64,000 nt of DNA from Paragordius varius (Eukaryota; Animalia; Nematomorpha): the NCBI GenBank assembly GCA_964247055.1, contig OZ176053.1, positions 10,230,001 through 10,294,000 on the forward strand. The letters are read 5' to 3'. The position numbers and the translations under genes are program-made. Below are positions 14,488 through 28,200 of this stretch, piece after piece. Under the pieces are notes generated by a model. It searched no databases, was not told the origin of the DNA, and saw only the letters and a list, made by a program, of their open reading frames with translations. How positions within the stretch are numbered: position 1 is the first letter of the stretch; every line of letters begins with the position of its first letter.

Positions 14488-14731
14488 AAGGGGGTGTTCA
14501 ACACGCGGACCCTTCAAGGCCTTATGTGCGGCTAGCGTTTTTAAGTCCATAATTTGTAAAAATATACTCATAAAATCTTATTAAAATTGATATTTCCAAA
14601 CAAATTTTATTAAATAATTCTATTCAATCGGCAAAAACTCAAAAAATTATTGTGTCTTCATTTTAAGTATGTTTGAAATCCTATAAGAGTCGAAAATGCG
14701 TCCGTGAAGTCATCTTTGTAGGATATCTCTG
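14488..14731. mobile_element. hAT MITE family B copy
   Basis: GGGGTGTTCAACACGCGGAC..ATGTGCGGC..GAGTCGAAAATGCG, collinear with 3448-3736. Confidence 0.7.
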
Positions 14732-15161
14732 TGCTAATTTATCACATCAAAAAATCATATTTATAAAAATGCATACTTTGTTTAAAAAATTTTGGAAAAA
14801 TTTTAGTGGTGCGGTATTGAAAATCAAACGATTTCGCGAAAAGAGAAAAACCAAATTTATAAACTTAATAAGTTATGTTTTAACTGTTTTCATTTTCCCT
14901 GAGTCTTTCATGGCAACATCCATTTAAAAACGCTTTTTAAAAATTATAATAATAATTTAAAGGACCATTGGCTTTTCTTTCATCCCATAATTTTTGGATT
15001 ATGCAATATTCTTCTCAAGGTGTAAACATCCTGGTTTTTTTATTATAAAATTTCAATTCATGGAAAAATTTTTTATTAGGAGGATGGAGTGGCAGAAAAG
15101 GAGGTGACTACTTTATGCTACATTATGCTAGCTTATTCACATTGTTGGTCAAATTGTAATA

Positions 15162-17027
15162 CTGTAGCATATGTAAGGTGACCAGATTTTTTGAAGGAAA
15201 AAGCGGGACAAATCTGAGAAGGGGAGGGGGGGTTATGAGGTGGGGTGTACAACCAAAAATTTTTATAAAAAAAATTTATTGTAGTATTTATTTATTTTTA
15301 ATTTTAACACAAATACATTATAAATATAAAAAAATATTTAATTCCTTGGTATATTTTTTATTTGAGTGGATGCGTTTTAGCAGATTGTCATCATTTTATA
15401 AATTATTGTAGAAGTCTTCACAAGAATTTGTCAAATTAAATTTGACAGATAAAATGGTAAAGTTTCAACATTTGAATTTGATTTTTCCTATGTCCATATC
15501 TGATTTACTGTGGAAAAAACGCGCTCAGTAGCAGCGTTGGTTCCACGTAAAGATAATGCAAATTCTACAATTTTTAAAATATTGTATGGAACATATGTTT
15601 CAAAATGATGAAATATTTTTAACCATTTCTTTTCTACTGTATTTTTTTCTGTTGTCCATAATTTAAGTTTTTCATTATTAATATATTTTATAACTAATGA
15701 TATTTTAGAAAAAAGCTATTTTCTGAAAGTTTACATTTTGGGAATTTTTGGCAGATGCAGAAATGATTTTTGAATATCGCACCAATTAAATTCTGTTAAA
15801 GTTATCCAATGAAAATGATCAATTTCATTAAATTGCACCGTCCAGTCTTCCAATAATCTTTACAGTTTGTATGAAACATTTTTAATAGTACAGGATATCT
15901 TGGCGTTTTATTAAGCCTTGTTTTTTTAAATTATTTATAATATTGCGGATGGTTACTGGTATAAAATTATTTTATGACCTTTCTTGACATTGGAATTTTA
16001 GGTTAACTTCATTGGCTACTTCGATGGCCGAATTTTGTCACTTTCTATCAATTTAATAACATGAAAGAGAAAAGCTTGATTATGTAGAAACTATAACCAT
16101 ATTGAAGAATCACTTTCAAAAAACTTTTCCAAAATTGTAGGACATTTATTTGTCCTGTGATAAAAAATTAGGATTTTAAAGGATCATTTTTTAAAATTCT
16201 TTCTATAGCTGGCAGAAGAGCAAACCAACGAGTTTTACAATATCCAAGCATTTTTTAATATTGAACTTCTGCATTTGCACAGAATTTCTTAGGCGTTTCA
16301 ACGCGCACCGTGTATATAAAAATAGGAATATACCTTAACAACTACATTTTCCACATCTAGGGGTAACAAATCTGCAGCTGTTTGAATAGCGTTGTGTGTT
16401 ATATGCGCTACATACCCAACGAATATTGTTTTGATTAAGATTATCTGCTAATTACAGAAAATTATTTTTTGTTCGCCTCCTTGCTTTTCCAACGAAGTTC
16501 GTATTGGTGTTGTCACCGCAATATGCGTTTAAATTATTTTTTCCTAGAATATTCATTATTTAAGTAAAATTATGTCGGAATTCGCACCGGGTAGAGATAT
16601 AAAATTTAAAATTTTAATTTTACTCCGGTTTCTGGACCAAAATATTTTATTAACGTAGTATGGCGATATGAAATTAATTTTCAGCAAATCTTTTTGTATT
16701 CAGAAAATGCATATGGCGAAAGGACAATGTATACAATGGCTTCAAATAAAAAACTTTTATTTAAAATTGATATAATTTTAAAGATAACTAATGATAAATT
16801 TAAACGGATAAAAAAAATAAATTTTTTATAAAAAATTTTAATGTATTTAAAAAATTTAATTTTATATAATCGTGAAAAAGCGGGACATTTCTAAAACGCA
16901 GCGGGACGCGGGACAAAGTGTGAAAAAGCGGGACGTCTGGTCACCTTAAGCATATGTTATGAAACAAATATTAAATTGTTTATTTCAAATTTCGTCGTTT
17001 TTCAATTATTTTTTTCATACGCTACTG
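15162..17027. mobile_element. Small TA-flanked MITE split by the hAT insertion
   Basis: Left end TA-CTGTAGCATATG and right end CATACGCTACTG-TA; matches the intact copy at 56287-56393. Confidence 0.7.
15174..16948 (-). mobile_element. Defective hAT DNA transposon (Blackjack-like termini), 1775 bp
   Basis: 13-bp TIR TAAGGTGACCAGA/TCTGGTCACCTTA, perfect 8-bp TSD AGCATATG (15166-15173, 16949-16956), subterminal GCGGGACA repeats, and a minus-strand remnant of the hAT dimerization motif IVEFALSLRGTNAATERVFSTVNQIWT*EKS at ~15470-15570. Confidence 0.92.
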
Positions 17028-17289
17028 TATTGCCATCAACTATAGTGTGAATGCAGCATAAATAATGATATTAGTTTGTTTCAAAAATCGAACATTTATG
17101 AATAGGTTACATTGTCGCAAATGACACAGACATCTTGACGTACAATGGATATAGATTCTTCTAAAAGGGTAAATCTCGCCATTGAACGTTTCCTCTTTGA
17201 TGCTATAATTCACAACACCCTGTATGCCAATCATACACAACAAAGAGATGTTTTTTACCTATAATAATATAAAGATACACCTTTATTAA

Positions 17290-18204
17290 AGCCTTTTACG
17301 ATAGGTGCCTGTCCTGACGGTGCCCGACCGAATATATTTTTTGCTATCAATGACTCGTCTAGACAATAGACTTTGTCCAAGGGTATACCGTTCACAAGAC
17401 AGGCATACTCAAATCATTTCTGAAAAACCAGCGAGGAATTGCGCTGTTCAGGTTCTAAAATACACCTTTTGCGCGTATAGTTGATTATTTTAAATATTTT
17501 ATAGTTTTTTATAATATATTTTCCATTCTGTTGGTAATTTATTGATAATCTCATCGACAGTCAATTGACAATCACTATCAAGGATTGTTTTGAATTGCCT
17601 GACTAGACATTCATTGCATTTTATTATCCTAACCTTTTTCAATGGCTCTTTCTCTATCCCCAGAGTCACATTTATGGAACTTATAGATATGTCATAAATC
17701 CACCCTCAACAAAATGACTAGACAATATTAAATTTCAGATTATCAATTTTGGAGAAATGAAAAACCTACCAGATATACGGAAATTACAGAAATTATGAAA
17801 TTATTATTTGGTCGATGAGATGCTTTACTCCAGGGATAGAAAATTATTAAAAAGAGAAAGCAAACCCAAAGGTATATTCTGGTGAAGCAGGTCAAAACAC
17901 TATTGATACTGATTGTGAATTGAATGTGGATTCAATTCTACATAAATTACCCACCGAATATAAAATGTCAAAAAAACTTTATATAAAATATTCGGAATAT
18001 TTAAGCATACGCGCAAGTGTTGTGTGTGTTAAACCTCAATAACGTAATTCTGCGCTGGTTATTCAGAAACGATTTGAATATGCCTGTCTTGTGAAGGGTA
18101 TATCCTTACACAAAATCTATTATTTGTATGAGTCAGGTTTTTCATTAATACCAAAAAATTTTTGGGGTCGGGCACCGTCCGGAGAGGCACCAATCGTTAA
18201 AGCT
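17290..18204. mobile_element. TTAA-flanked foldback DNA element (Kolobok-like termini)
   Basis: TTAA|AG...CT|TTAA; ~45-bp imperfect TIRs (AGCCTTTTACGATAGGTGCCTGTCCTGACGGTGCCCGACC vs reverse complement of the right end); a second inverted block at ~17383-17442 / ~18045-18105. Superfamily assignment is inferred from the TTAA TSD and RR termini. Confidence 0.75.
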
Positions 18205-20791
18205 TTAATAAATATATTGCTTTGTTTTATTTTATAAAAACGTCTCTCTCAATGTATGATTGCAGTCAATGGTTTTGCAAATATTTCAATAAAAATGGAC
18301 ATTTCAATGAAAATTTTTAAAACCATGTTCAAGATGCCTTTGTCACGAGAACGCACTATGTTTCATTTTGGATTATTCTTCACAACTTATCCCATTAAAA
18401 TCTTTTTCAAACAATTTAAATTGAATTGTGAAAATCAAGAACCTGGAAGCAACATTACAGAATTAAACGATTGTGCGATTAAATCTTATTATCTGAATTG
18501 AAATTTAAGATTTGTTGCTTTAAAAAAGGCTGGAAAATAATAACAGTTCAAACATCATTTTTTATAAGTTTTGCAAAAAAATCATGCCTTCACATTCCTT
18601 CTTTTGGTTTTTATTATATTTTATATGGAGGTGTTATTTTTTTGATTTTTAAACAAGTTTTTATACACATTAAACTAATTTTTTATAATGACTGTACGCT
18701 ATTTTTTGCTCTAGGTCCAACTTAAAGAAATGCACCAAAAAATGTATATCTTAAGCAAACTCAGATGTTTAATGGGTGGAATACGAAAAAAAAGCTAAAA
18801 TTCAAAATAACAGGCGACCCTTAATCCAAAAACCAATCAATGGATCAATATATCCGAGGCGCTTGGAAACATAATAACACATGAGAACATTTTTGAGACG
18901 TGTTGAAATAAATAAATTTGTAAATAAGATTAACAGAGGAGTCAGAAGGAATTAATGGTTAAAACAAAATCACTCTTAGGGAAATTTAAAGTATGCCCTC
19001 TTAATTTACACCAACAACTTCGTGTGGTATAATATCAGCCTGAATGCAAATTACCTAGGCTTTGCTCTCTAGGTTATATTTTTGATAATTTTCACGTTAT
19101 TACTCTAAATTTAAGTTTATATGACCAATCATCCACTTATCCTTTAGAATTTGGATTTTAAAATAACGAAGGACTTTCGTGTGTACATCGGCGATGTTGA
19201 TTGTCTTTTACTGAAGAGACTTCTATAGGTTGAGATGATTCGTATTATGGTACAATATCTAGATTTTATGCTGAGGTGATATGTTATTGTAAGACAACGG
19301 CAATATATTTATAGTTAATTCATACTCTATAAATATCTCGCTGAATATTTTTATATGAAATGAGCAATAAATTTGCATACGTTTCACAATAAAAAGAAAA
19401 GATTTTAACTGAATTTTTGGCCTATTTATCGTTAGGGGTTTTTTACTACAATAAAATAAAGGCATAGGGCTGTCGATAAAAAATCGAAACACAACTAGCC
19501 AAGTATACCATATAGATATATGTCATTATCTATAATATAACTTTTAAGGAAAATGATTTTTTTTTAAAAAATATGCATGTAATCAATCTTTTAAAAGTGT
19601 GTATACTACATCAAAAAGATATTATAAATACCTCTTCAAAAAGCTATGTCTCTAGTATTGCTATAAAAATTAGTAATTTCCAGGAGTTTCTAACATTTTT
19701 TCTCTTATGCTTTTCTTCATGGTGCAAGTACTTAATACGGAAAACTTTTTTTCTCTTTCGCCTTATATGCCACCACATGGAATCCATGAGGCCTAATACA
19801 TAGATTTTTAATTGAAATTACAAGGTAAATGGTATATATCGCTTGTTTGATCCTAAAGTGCTTATGCTTAATAAAAGATTATAATATTTTTAGTTATTAG
19901 ATACCGACTGGCGTCAATTGTTTATTCAGCAACACTTGTATGGAAGTGAACTAATTATTAGTGGTTATAATATATCCGTTTTGGAGAGAGGTAATACGTT
20001 ACCTTTGTAACAATTTTTTTTGCTAAATTTTAACAAATGGATCCATCTGAGAATTTAACCGTGTACTATTTTCTAAATCACATAATAAAAAAGTTTTGAA
20101 ACCTACTTAGGTGGTTTATTTGGCAACTACATTTTAAAGGGATATTTTAAAAAATAAAAATAATCTCTTTACTATGTTCAAGATTGTTATAAATTATATA
20201 CAGCCTGTCCGTGAGAGATTTTATTATTTAGAATCTTTTTAACTAGACTACGAAGGCATGTTCCAAAAACAACAAGGGCAAGAATTATTACATCTAAAAT
20301 GTGTCAATATTTATTGAGAACCTTTATTAGAATTTAATAAAATCGATATAGCTCGCTTTTATGGGTTTATTTTTTAAAAATGTCAGTTTAAAATTTATTT
20401 ACCAAATAAATTAGTTCATTACGATTTAATACTAGTTATGCGATTCAAAAATGGAAATTGATTTAACAAGTTTTTATACGGTATTCAAAAAGATCTGTAT
20501 TCACGAATTTAGCACAAAATATTAAAAAATTAATATTACCACTTCATAGTTAACACAATATAACAACAGATAAATATTATATTCTCTATACCCTTAACCC
20601 AAGAGTTTCTAAGAAAACAGTCAACGCCAGTAGGTTATATTTTGTATTTATAAACATTATTTCTAAATGGGTAATAAAATTGAATAAACGGCATATGCCA
20701 TAAGATTTAAATTTTATTTGAAATATGCTTCAATCCATGGGTTTCATGAAAATTTAAAGCGAAAAAAATTGTTTACGTTTAGAGCTTCGTG

Positions 20792-21289
20792 TATACCATT
20801 TGCACTTCAAAATGTCCTTGAACATTTCAAGTTGGTCCTTTGACTTTTTTGCTTTGTTTTTAATTTTTATCAATCAATATATCATTCATCTATTTTATCG
20901 TTTTTCTATTCTATGGTTTTTAACCTATTATCTATTATTTAACATTTATCTTAAATCAATATCAACTTTTAATCATTGAGAAACCATATATCTTTATTAA
21001 TTTCTTAAATTTATTTTAAATATTTTTAAGATTTTTAACACGTAATTAAAAAATATATAAATTTTCTGGGTTATTATTTATAATTTTTCACTTAAAACAA
21101 AGTTAATAATTTCGTTATTTTGGAAAATTCAAAAAAATCTGGAATGAATAAATATATAATAGATAAAGAAAATTGGTTAAAAGATAATAAAATAAAAAAA
21201 TACATGCAACAATTATGGTTAAATCAAAATTTACAAATTTTAAGGACCAACTTGAAATGTTCAAGGACCATTGAGGTGCAAATGTTATA
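20792..21289. mobile_element. ~500-bp MITE with ~50-bp TIRs related to family A termini
   Basis: TATACCATTTGCACTTCAAAATGTCCTTGAACATTTCAAGTTGGTCCTT ... AAGGACCAACTTGAAATGTTCAAGGACCATTGAGGTGCAAATGTTATA. Confidence 0.85.
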
Positions 21290-22219
21290 GTAAAAAAATA
21301 CTAAAAAAGGCATTATGTGGTTTAAACCATCGGCTATGAGTGTTCCCTAAAATAAAATCCTAATACCTCAGATATTCTTTATTTTTAAATTTAAATCATT
21401 GGATGCAGTATATTTTGAATTTCAAATATAAGATCTTAATAGGGTTAATTTTAAACCCAGACCACAAAAAGGAATATAAAGATGATTTAAAAGCAATTTT
21501 GTTAAATAAACATTTGAGGTGGCAGTTGAATACGGAAAATCGTTCGATATTTAGAGACTAAGTATTTTAGTATTGATAGTAGCGTGATCATATTAATATA
21601 ATGAGTTTAGTTAAACGGACATTAACTTTTGATATAGAGTGTAAACATATTAAATTACAGTAACACATTTATCATAGAATCAACTTAACTATCAAATGGG
21701 TATCTTCGTTCTAAAGCTTCAATTAAGGGTGGGAATGCCTTTACTGGCAGGCGACCGAGGATCTTACGATTGACGTTATACATTTTACTAGATACTCTCA
21801 AAATCAATCTTTGTTGTATGATTAAAATTATAAGTTCTTTTATATTACAACATTTATTTTTCATTATATATCGATATAATATATTTAATAAATTGAATAT
21901 TCATTTATTGTATACATTTTTAAATATATATATATAGCATTAAAATTCCATATCAATCATGTTTATAGTCTTCGGGATTTTTTTATGTCCTGATGCTTTC
22001 CTCACCGATTTGATCGGTGATGGAATTAAGCGGAAATCGTTCAATGGTAACTTTTATTGTTTTATTTCAAACGGAATAGAAAAACACTAATAAATCCAAG
22101 AAATAACTAAAACAAAAAATAAATATAGCATATCTAAAAGTTAAAAGTCTGTTTTATGACAAATTAATATTTGTATTGGGATTTGTACGGATTGTTGATT
22201 GATATTCCACTAATTTTAG

Positions 22220-25200
22220 TTTAACCCTTCTCATATCCACTTCATCCGTTTCTTCTAAAGTTTAACCCTTCTTCATATCCACTTCATCCGTTTCTTCTAA
22301 AGTTTAACCCTTCTTCATATCCACTTCATCCGTTTCTTCCAAAGTTTAACCCTTCTTCATATTCACTTCATCCGTTTCTTCCAAAGTTTAACCCTTCTTC
22401 AATCCACTTCATCCGTTTCTTCCAAAGTTTAACCCTTCTTCATATCCACTTCATCCTTTTATTCTACAGTTTAACCCTTCTTCATATCCACTTCATCCGT
22501 TTCTTCCAAAGTTTAACTCTTCTTCATATCCACTTCATCCGTTTCTTCCAAAGTTTAACCCTTCTTCATATCCACTTCATCCGTTTCTTCTACAGTTTAA
22601 CCCTTCTTCATATCCACTTCATCCGTTTCTTCTACAGTTTAACCCTTCTTCATATCCACTTCATCCGTTTCTTCCAAAGTTTAACCCTTCTTCATATCCA
22701 TTTCATCCGTTTCTTCCAAAGTTTAACCCTTCTTCATATCCACTTCATCCGTTTCTTCTCCAGTTTAACCCTTCTTCATATCCACTTCATCCGTTTCTTC
22801 TACAGTTTAACCCTTCTTCATATCCACTTCATCCGTTTCTTCCAAAGTTTAACCCTTCTTCATATCCATTTCATCCGTTTCTTCCAAAGTTTAACCCTTC
22901 TTCATATCCACTTCATCCGTTTCTTCTACAGTTTAACCCTTCTTCATATCCATTTCATCCGTTTCTTCCAAAGTTTAACCCTTCTTCATATCCACTTCAT
23001 CCGTTTCTTCCAAAGTTTAACCCTTCTTCATATCCACTTCATCCGTTTCTTCTACATTTTAACCCTTCTTCATACCACTTCATCCGTTTCTTCCAAAGTT
23101 TAACCCTTCTTCATATCCACTTCATCCGTTTCTTCTCCAGTTTAACCCTTCTTCATATCCACTTCATCCGTTTCTTCCAAAGTTTAACCCTTCTTCATAT
23201 CCACTTCATCCGTTTCTTCTCCAGTTTAACCCTTCTTCATATCCACTTCATCCGTTTCTTCCAAAGTTTAACCCTTCTTCATATCCACTTCATCCGTTTC
23301 TTCCAAAGTTTAACCCTTCTTCATATCCACTTCATCCGTTTCTTCCAAAGTTTAACCCTTCTTCATATCCATTTCATCCGTTTCTTCCAAAGTTTAACCC
23401 TTCTTCATATCCACTTCATCCGTTTCTTCTACAGTTTAACCCTTCTTCATATCCATTTCATCCGTTTCTTCCAAAGTTTAACCCTTCTTCATATCCACTT
23501 CATCCGTTTCTTCCAAAGTTTAACCCTTCTTCATATCCACTTCATCCGTTTCTTCTACATTTTAACCCTTCTTCATACCACTTCATCCGTTTCTTCCAAA
23601 GTTTAACCCTTCTTCATATCCACTTCATCCGTTTCTTCTCCAGTTTAACCCTTCTTCATATCCACTTCATCCGTTTCTTCCAAAGTTTAACCGTTCTTCA
23701 TATCCACTTCATCCGTTTCTTCCAAAGTTTAACCCTTCTTCATATCCACTTCATCCGTTTCTTCCAAAGTTTAACCCTTCTTCATATCCACTTCATCCAT
23801 TTCTTCTCCAGTTTAACCCTTCTTCATATCCACTTCATCCGTTTCTTCCAAAGTTTAACCCTTCTTCATATCCACTTCATCCGTTTCTTCTCCAGTTTAA
23901 CCCTTCTTCATATCCACTTCATCCGTTTCTTCCAAAGTTTAACCCTTCTTCATATCCACTTCATCCGTTTCTTCTCCAGTTTAACCCTTCTTCATATCCA
24001 TTTCATCCGTTTCTTCCAAAGTTTAACCCTTCTTCATATCCACTTCATCCGTTTCTTCCAAAGTTTAACCCTTCTTCATATCCACTTCATCCGTTTCTTC
24101 CAAAGTTTAACCCTTCTTCATATCCACTTCATCCGTTTCTTCTACAGTTTAACCCTTCTTCATATCCATTTCATCCGTTTCTTCCAAAGTTTAACCCTTC
24201 TTCATATCCACTTCATCCGTTTCTTCCAAAGTTTAACCCTTCTTCATATCCACTTCATCCGTTTCTTCCAAAGTTTAACCCTTCTTCATATCCACTTCAT
24301 CCGTTTCTTCTACAGTTTAACCCTTCTTCATATCCATTTCATCCGTTTCTTCCAAAGTTTAACCCTTCTTCATATCCACTTCATCCGTTTCTTCTCCAGT
24401 TTAACCCTTCTTCATATCCACTTCATCCGTTTCTTCTACAGTTTAACCCTTCTTCATATCCACTTCATCCGTTTCTTCCAAAGTTTAACCCTTCTTCATA
24501 TCCATTTCATCCGTTTCTTCCAAAGTTTAACCCTTCTTCATATCCACTTCATCCGTTTCTTCTCCAGTTTAACCCTTCTTCATATCCACTTCATCCGTTT
24601 CTTCTACAGTTTAACCCTTCTTCATATCCACTTCATCCGTTTCTTCCAAAGTTTAACCCTTCTTCATATCCATTTCATCCGTTTCTTCCAAAGTTTAACC
24701 CTTCTTCATATCCACTTCATCCGTTTCTTCTCCAGTTTAACCCTTCTTCATATCCACTTCATCCGTTTCTTCTACAGTTTAACCCTTCTTCATATCCACT
24801 TCATCCGTTTCTTCCAAAGTTTAACCCTTCTTCATATCCATTTCATCCGTTTCTTCCAAAGTTTAACCCTTCTTCATATCCACTTCATTCGTTTCTTCTC
24901 CGGTTTAACCCTTCTTCATATCCATTTCATCCGTTTCTTCTCCAGTGTAACCCTTCTTCATATCCACTTCATCCGTTTCTTCCAAAGTTTAACCCTTCTT
25001 CATATCCATTTCATCCGTTTCTTCCAAAGTTTAACCCTTCTTCATATCCACTTCATCCGTTTCTTCTCCAGTTTAACCCTTCTTCATATCCACTTCATCC
25101 GTTTCTTCTACAGTTTAACCCTTCTTCATATCCACTTCATCCGTTTCTTCCAAAGTTTAACCCTTCTTCATATCCATTTCATCCGTTTCTTCCAAAGTTT

Positions 25201-28200
25201 AACCCTTCTTCATATCCACTTCATCCGTTTCTTCTCCAGTTTAACCCTTCTTCATATCCACTTCATCCGTTTCTTCTACAGTTTAACCCTTCTTCATATC
25301 CACTTCATCCGTTTCTTCTACAGTTTAACCCTTCTTCATATCCACTTCATCCGTTTCTTCCAAAGTTTAACCCTTCTTCATATCCATTTCATCCGTTTCT
25401 TCCAAAGTTTAACCCTTCTTCATATCCACTTCATCCGTTTCTTCTCCAGTTTAACCCTTCTTCATATCCACTTCATCCGTTTCTTCTACAGTTTAACCCT
25501 TCTTCATATCCATTTCATCCGTTTCTTCCAAAGTTTAACCCTTCTTCATATCCACTTCATTCGTTTCTTCCAAAGTTTAACCCTTCTTCATATCCATTTC
25601 ATCCGTTTCTTCTACAGTTTAAATCTTCTTCATATCCATTTCATCCGTTTCTTCTCCAGTTTAACCCTTCTTCATATCCATTTCATCCGTTTCTTCTACA
25701 GTTTAACCCTTCTTCATATCCACTTCATCCGTTTCTTCCAAAGTTTAACCCTTCTTCATATCCATTTCATCCGTTTCTTCTCCAGTTTAACCCTTCTTCA
25801 TATCCATTTCATCCGTTTCTTCTCCAGTGTAACCCTTCTTCATATCCACTTCATCCGTTTCTTCCAAAGTTTAACCCTTCTTCATATCCATTTCATCCGT
25901 TTCTTCCAAAGTTTAACCCTTCTTCATATCCACTTCATCCGTTTCTTCCAAAGTTTAACCCTTCTTCATATCCACTTCATCCGTTTCTTCTACAGTTTAA
26001 CCCTTCTTCATATCCATTTCATCCGTTTCTTCCAAAGTTTAACCCTTCTTCATATCCACTTCATCCGTTTCTTCTCCAGTTTAACCCTTCTTCATATCCA
26101 CTTCATCCGTTTCTTCTCCAGTTTAACCCTTCTTCATATCCATTTCATCCGTTTCTTCCAAAGTTTAACCCTTCTTCATATCCACTTCATTCGTTTCTTC
26201 CAAAGTTTAACCCTTCTTCATATCCACTTCATCCGTTTCTTCCAAAGTTTAACCCTTCTTCATATCCATTTCATCCGTTTCTTCCAAAGTTTAACCCTTC
26301 TTCATATCCACTTCATCCGTTTCTTCTACAGTTTAACCCTTCTTCATATCCATTTCATCCGTTTCTTCCAAAGTTTAACCCTTCTTCATATCCACTTCAT
26401 CCGTTTCTTCTCCAGTTTAACCCTTCTTCATATCCACTTCATCCGTTTCTTCTACAGTTTAACCCTTCTTCATATCCACTTCATCCGTTTCTTCCAAAGT
26501 TTAACCCTTCTTCATATCCATTTCATCCGTTTCTTCCAAAGTTTAACCCTTCTTCATATCCACTTCATCCGTTTCTTCTACAGTTTAACCCTTCTTCATA
26601 TCCATTTCATCCGTTTCTTCCAAAGTTTAACCCTTCTTCATATCCACTTCATCCGTTTCTTCCAAAGTTTAACCCTTCTTCATATCCACTTCATCCGTTT
26701 CTTCTACATTTTAACCCTTCTTCATACCACTTCATCCGTTTCTTCCAAAGTTTAACCCTTCTTCATATCCACTTCATCCGTTTCTTCTCCAGTTTAACCC
26801 TTCTTCATATCCACTTCATCCGTTTCTTCCAAAGTTTAACCGTTCTTCATATCCACTTCATCCGTTTCTTCCAAAGTTTAACCCTTCTTCATATCCACTT
26901 CATCCGTTTCTTCCAAAGTTTAACCCTTCTTCATATCCACTTCATCCATTTCTTCTCCAGTTTAACCCTTCTTCATATCCACTTCATCCGTTTCTTCCAA
27001 AGTTTAACCCTTCTTCATATCCACTTCATCCGTTTCTTCTCCAGTTTAACCCTTCTTCATATCCACTTCATCCGTTTCTTCCAAAGTTTAACCCTTCTTC
27101 ATATCCACTTCATCCGTTTCTTCTCCAGTTTAACCCTTCTTCATATCCATTTCATCCGTTTCTTCTCCAGTTTAACCCTTCTTCATATCCACTTCATCCG
27201 TTTCTTCCAAAGTTTAACCCTTCTTCATATCCACTTCATCCGTTTCTTCCAAAGTTTAACCCTTCTTCATATCCACTTCATCCATTTCTTCTCCAGTTTA
27301 ACCCTTCTTCATATCCACTTCATCCGTTTCTTCCAAAGTTTAACCCTTCTTCATATCCACTTCATCCGTTTCTTCTCCAGTTTAACCCTTCTTCATATCC
27401 ACTTCATCCGTTTCTTCTACAGTTTAACCCTTCTTCATATCCACTTCATCCGTTTCTTCCAAAGTTTAACCCTTCTTCATATCCATTTCATCCGTTTCTT
27501 CCAAAGTTTAACCCTTCTTCATATCCACTTCATCCGTTTCTTCTCCAGTTTAACCCTTCTTCATATCCACTTCATCCGTTTCTTCCAAAGTTTAACCCTT
27601 CTTCATATCCACTTCATCCGTTTCTTCCAAAGTTTAACCCTTCTTCATATCCATTTCATCCGTTTCTTCTCCAGTTTAACCCTTCTTCATATCCATTTCA
27701 TCCGTTTCTTCTCCAGTGTAACCCTTCTTCATATCCACTTCATCCGTTTCTTCCAAAGTTTAACCCTTCTTCATATCCATTTCATCCGTTTCTTCCAAAG
27801 TTTAACCCTTCTTCATATCCACTTCATCCGTTTCTTCCAAAGTTTAACCCTTCTTCATATCCACTTCATCCGTTTCTTCTCCAGTTTAACCCTTCTTCAT
27901 ATCCACTTCATCCGTTTCTTCTCCAGTTTAACCCTTCTTCATATCCACTTCATCCGTTTCTTCTACAGTTTAACCCTTCTTCATATCCACTTCATCCGTT
28001 TCTTCCAAAGTTTAACCCTTCTTCATATCCATTTCATCCGTTTCTTCCAAAGTTTAACCCTTCTTCATATCCACTTCATCCGTTTCTTCTCCAGTTTAAC
28101 CCTTCTTCATATCCACTTCATCCGTTTCTTCTACAGTTTAACCCTTCTTCATATCCACTTCATCCGTTTCTTCCAAAGTTTAACCCTTCTTCATATCCAT

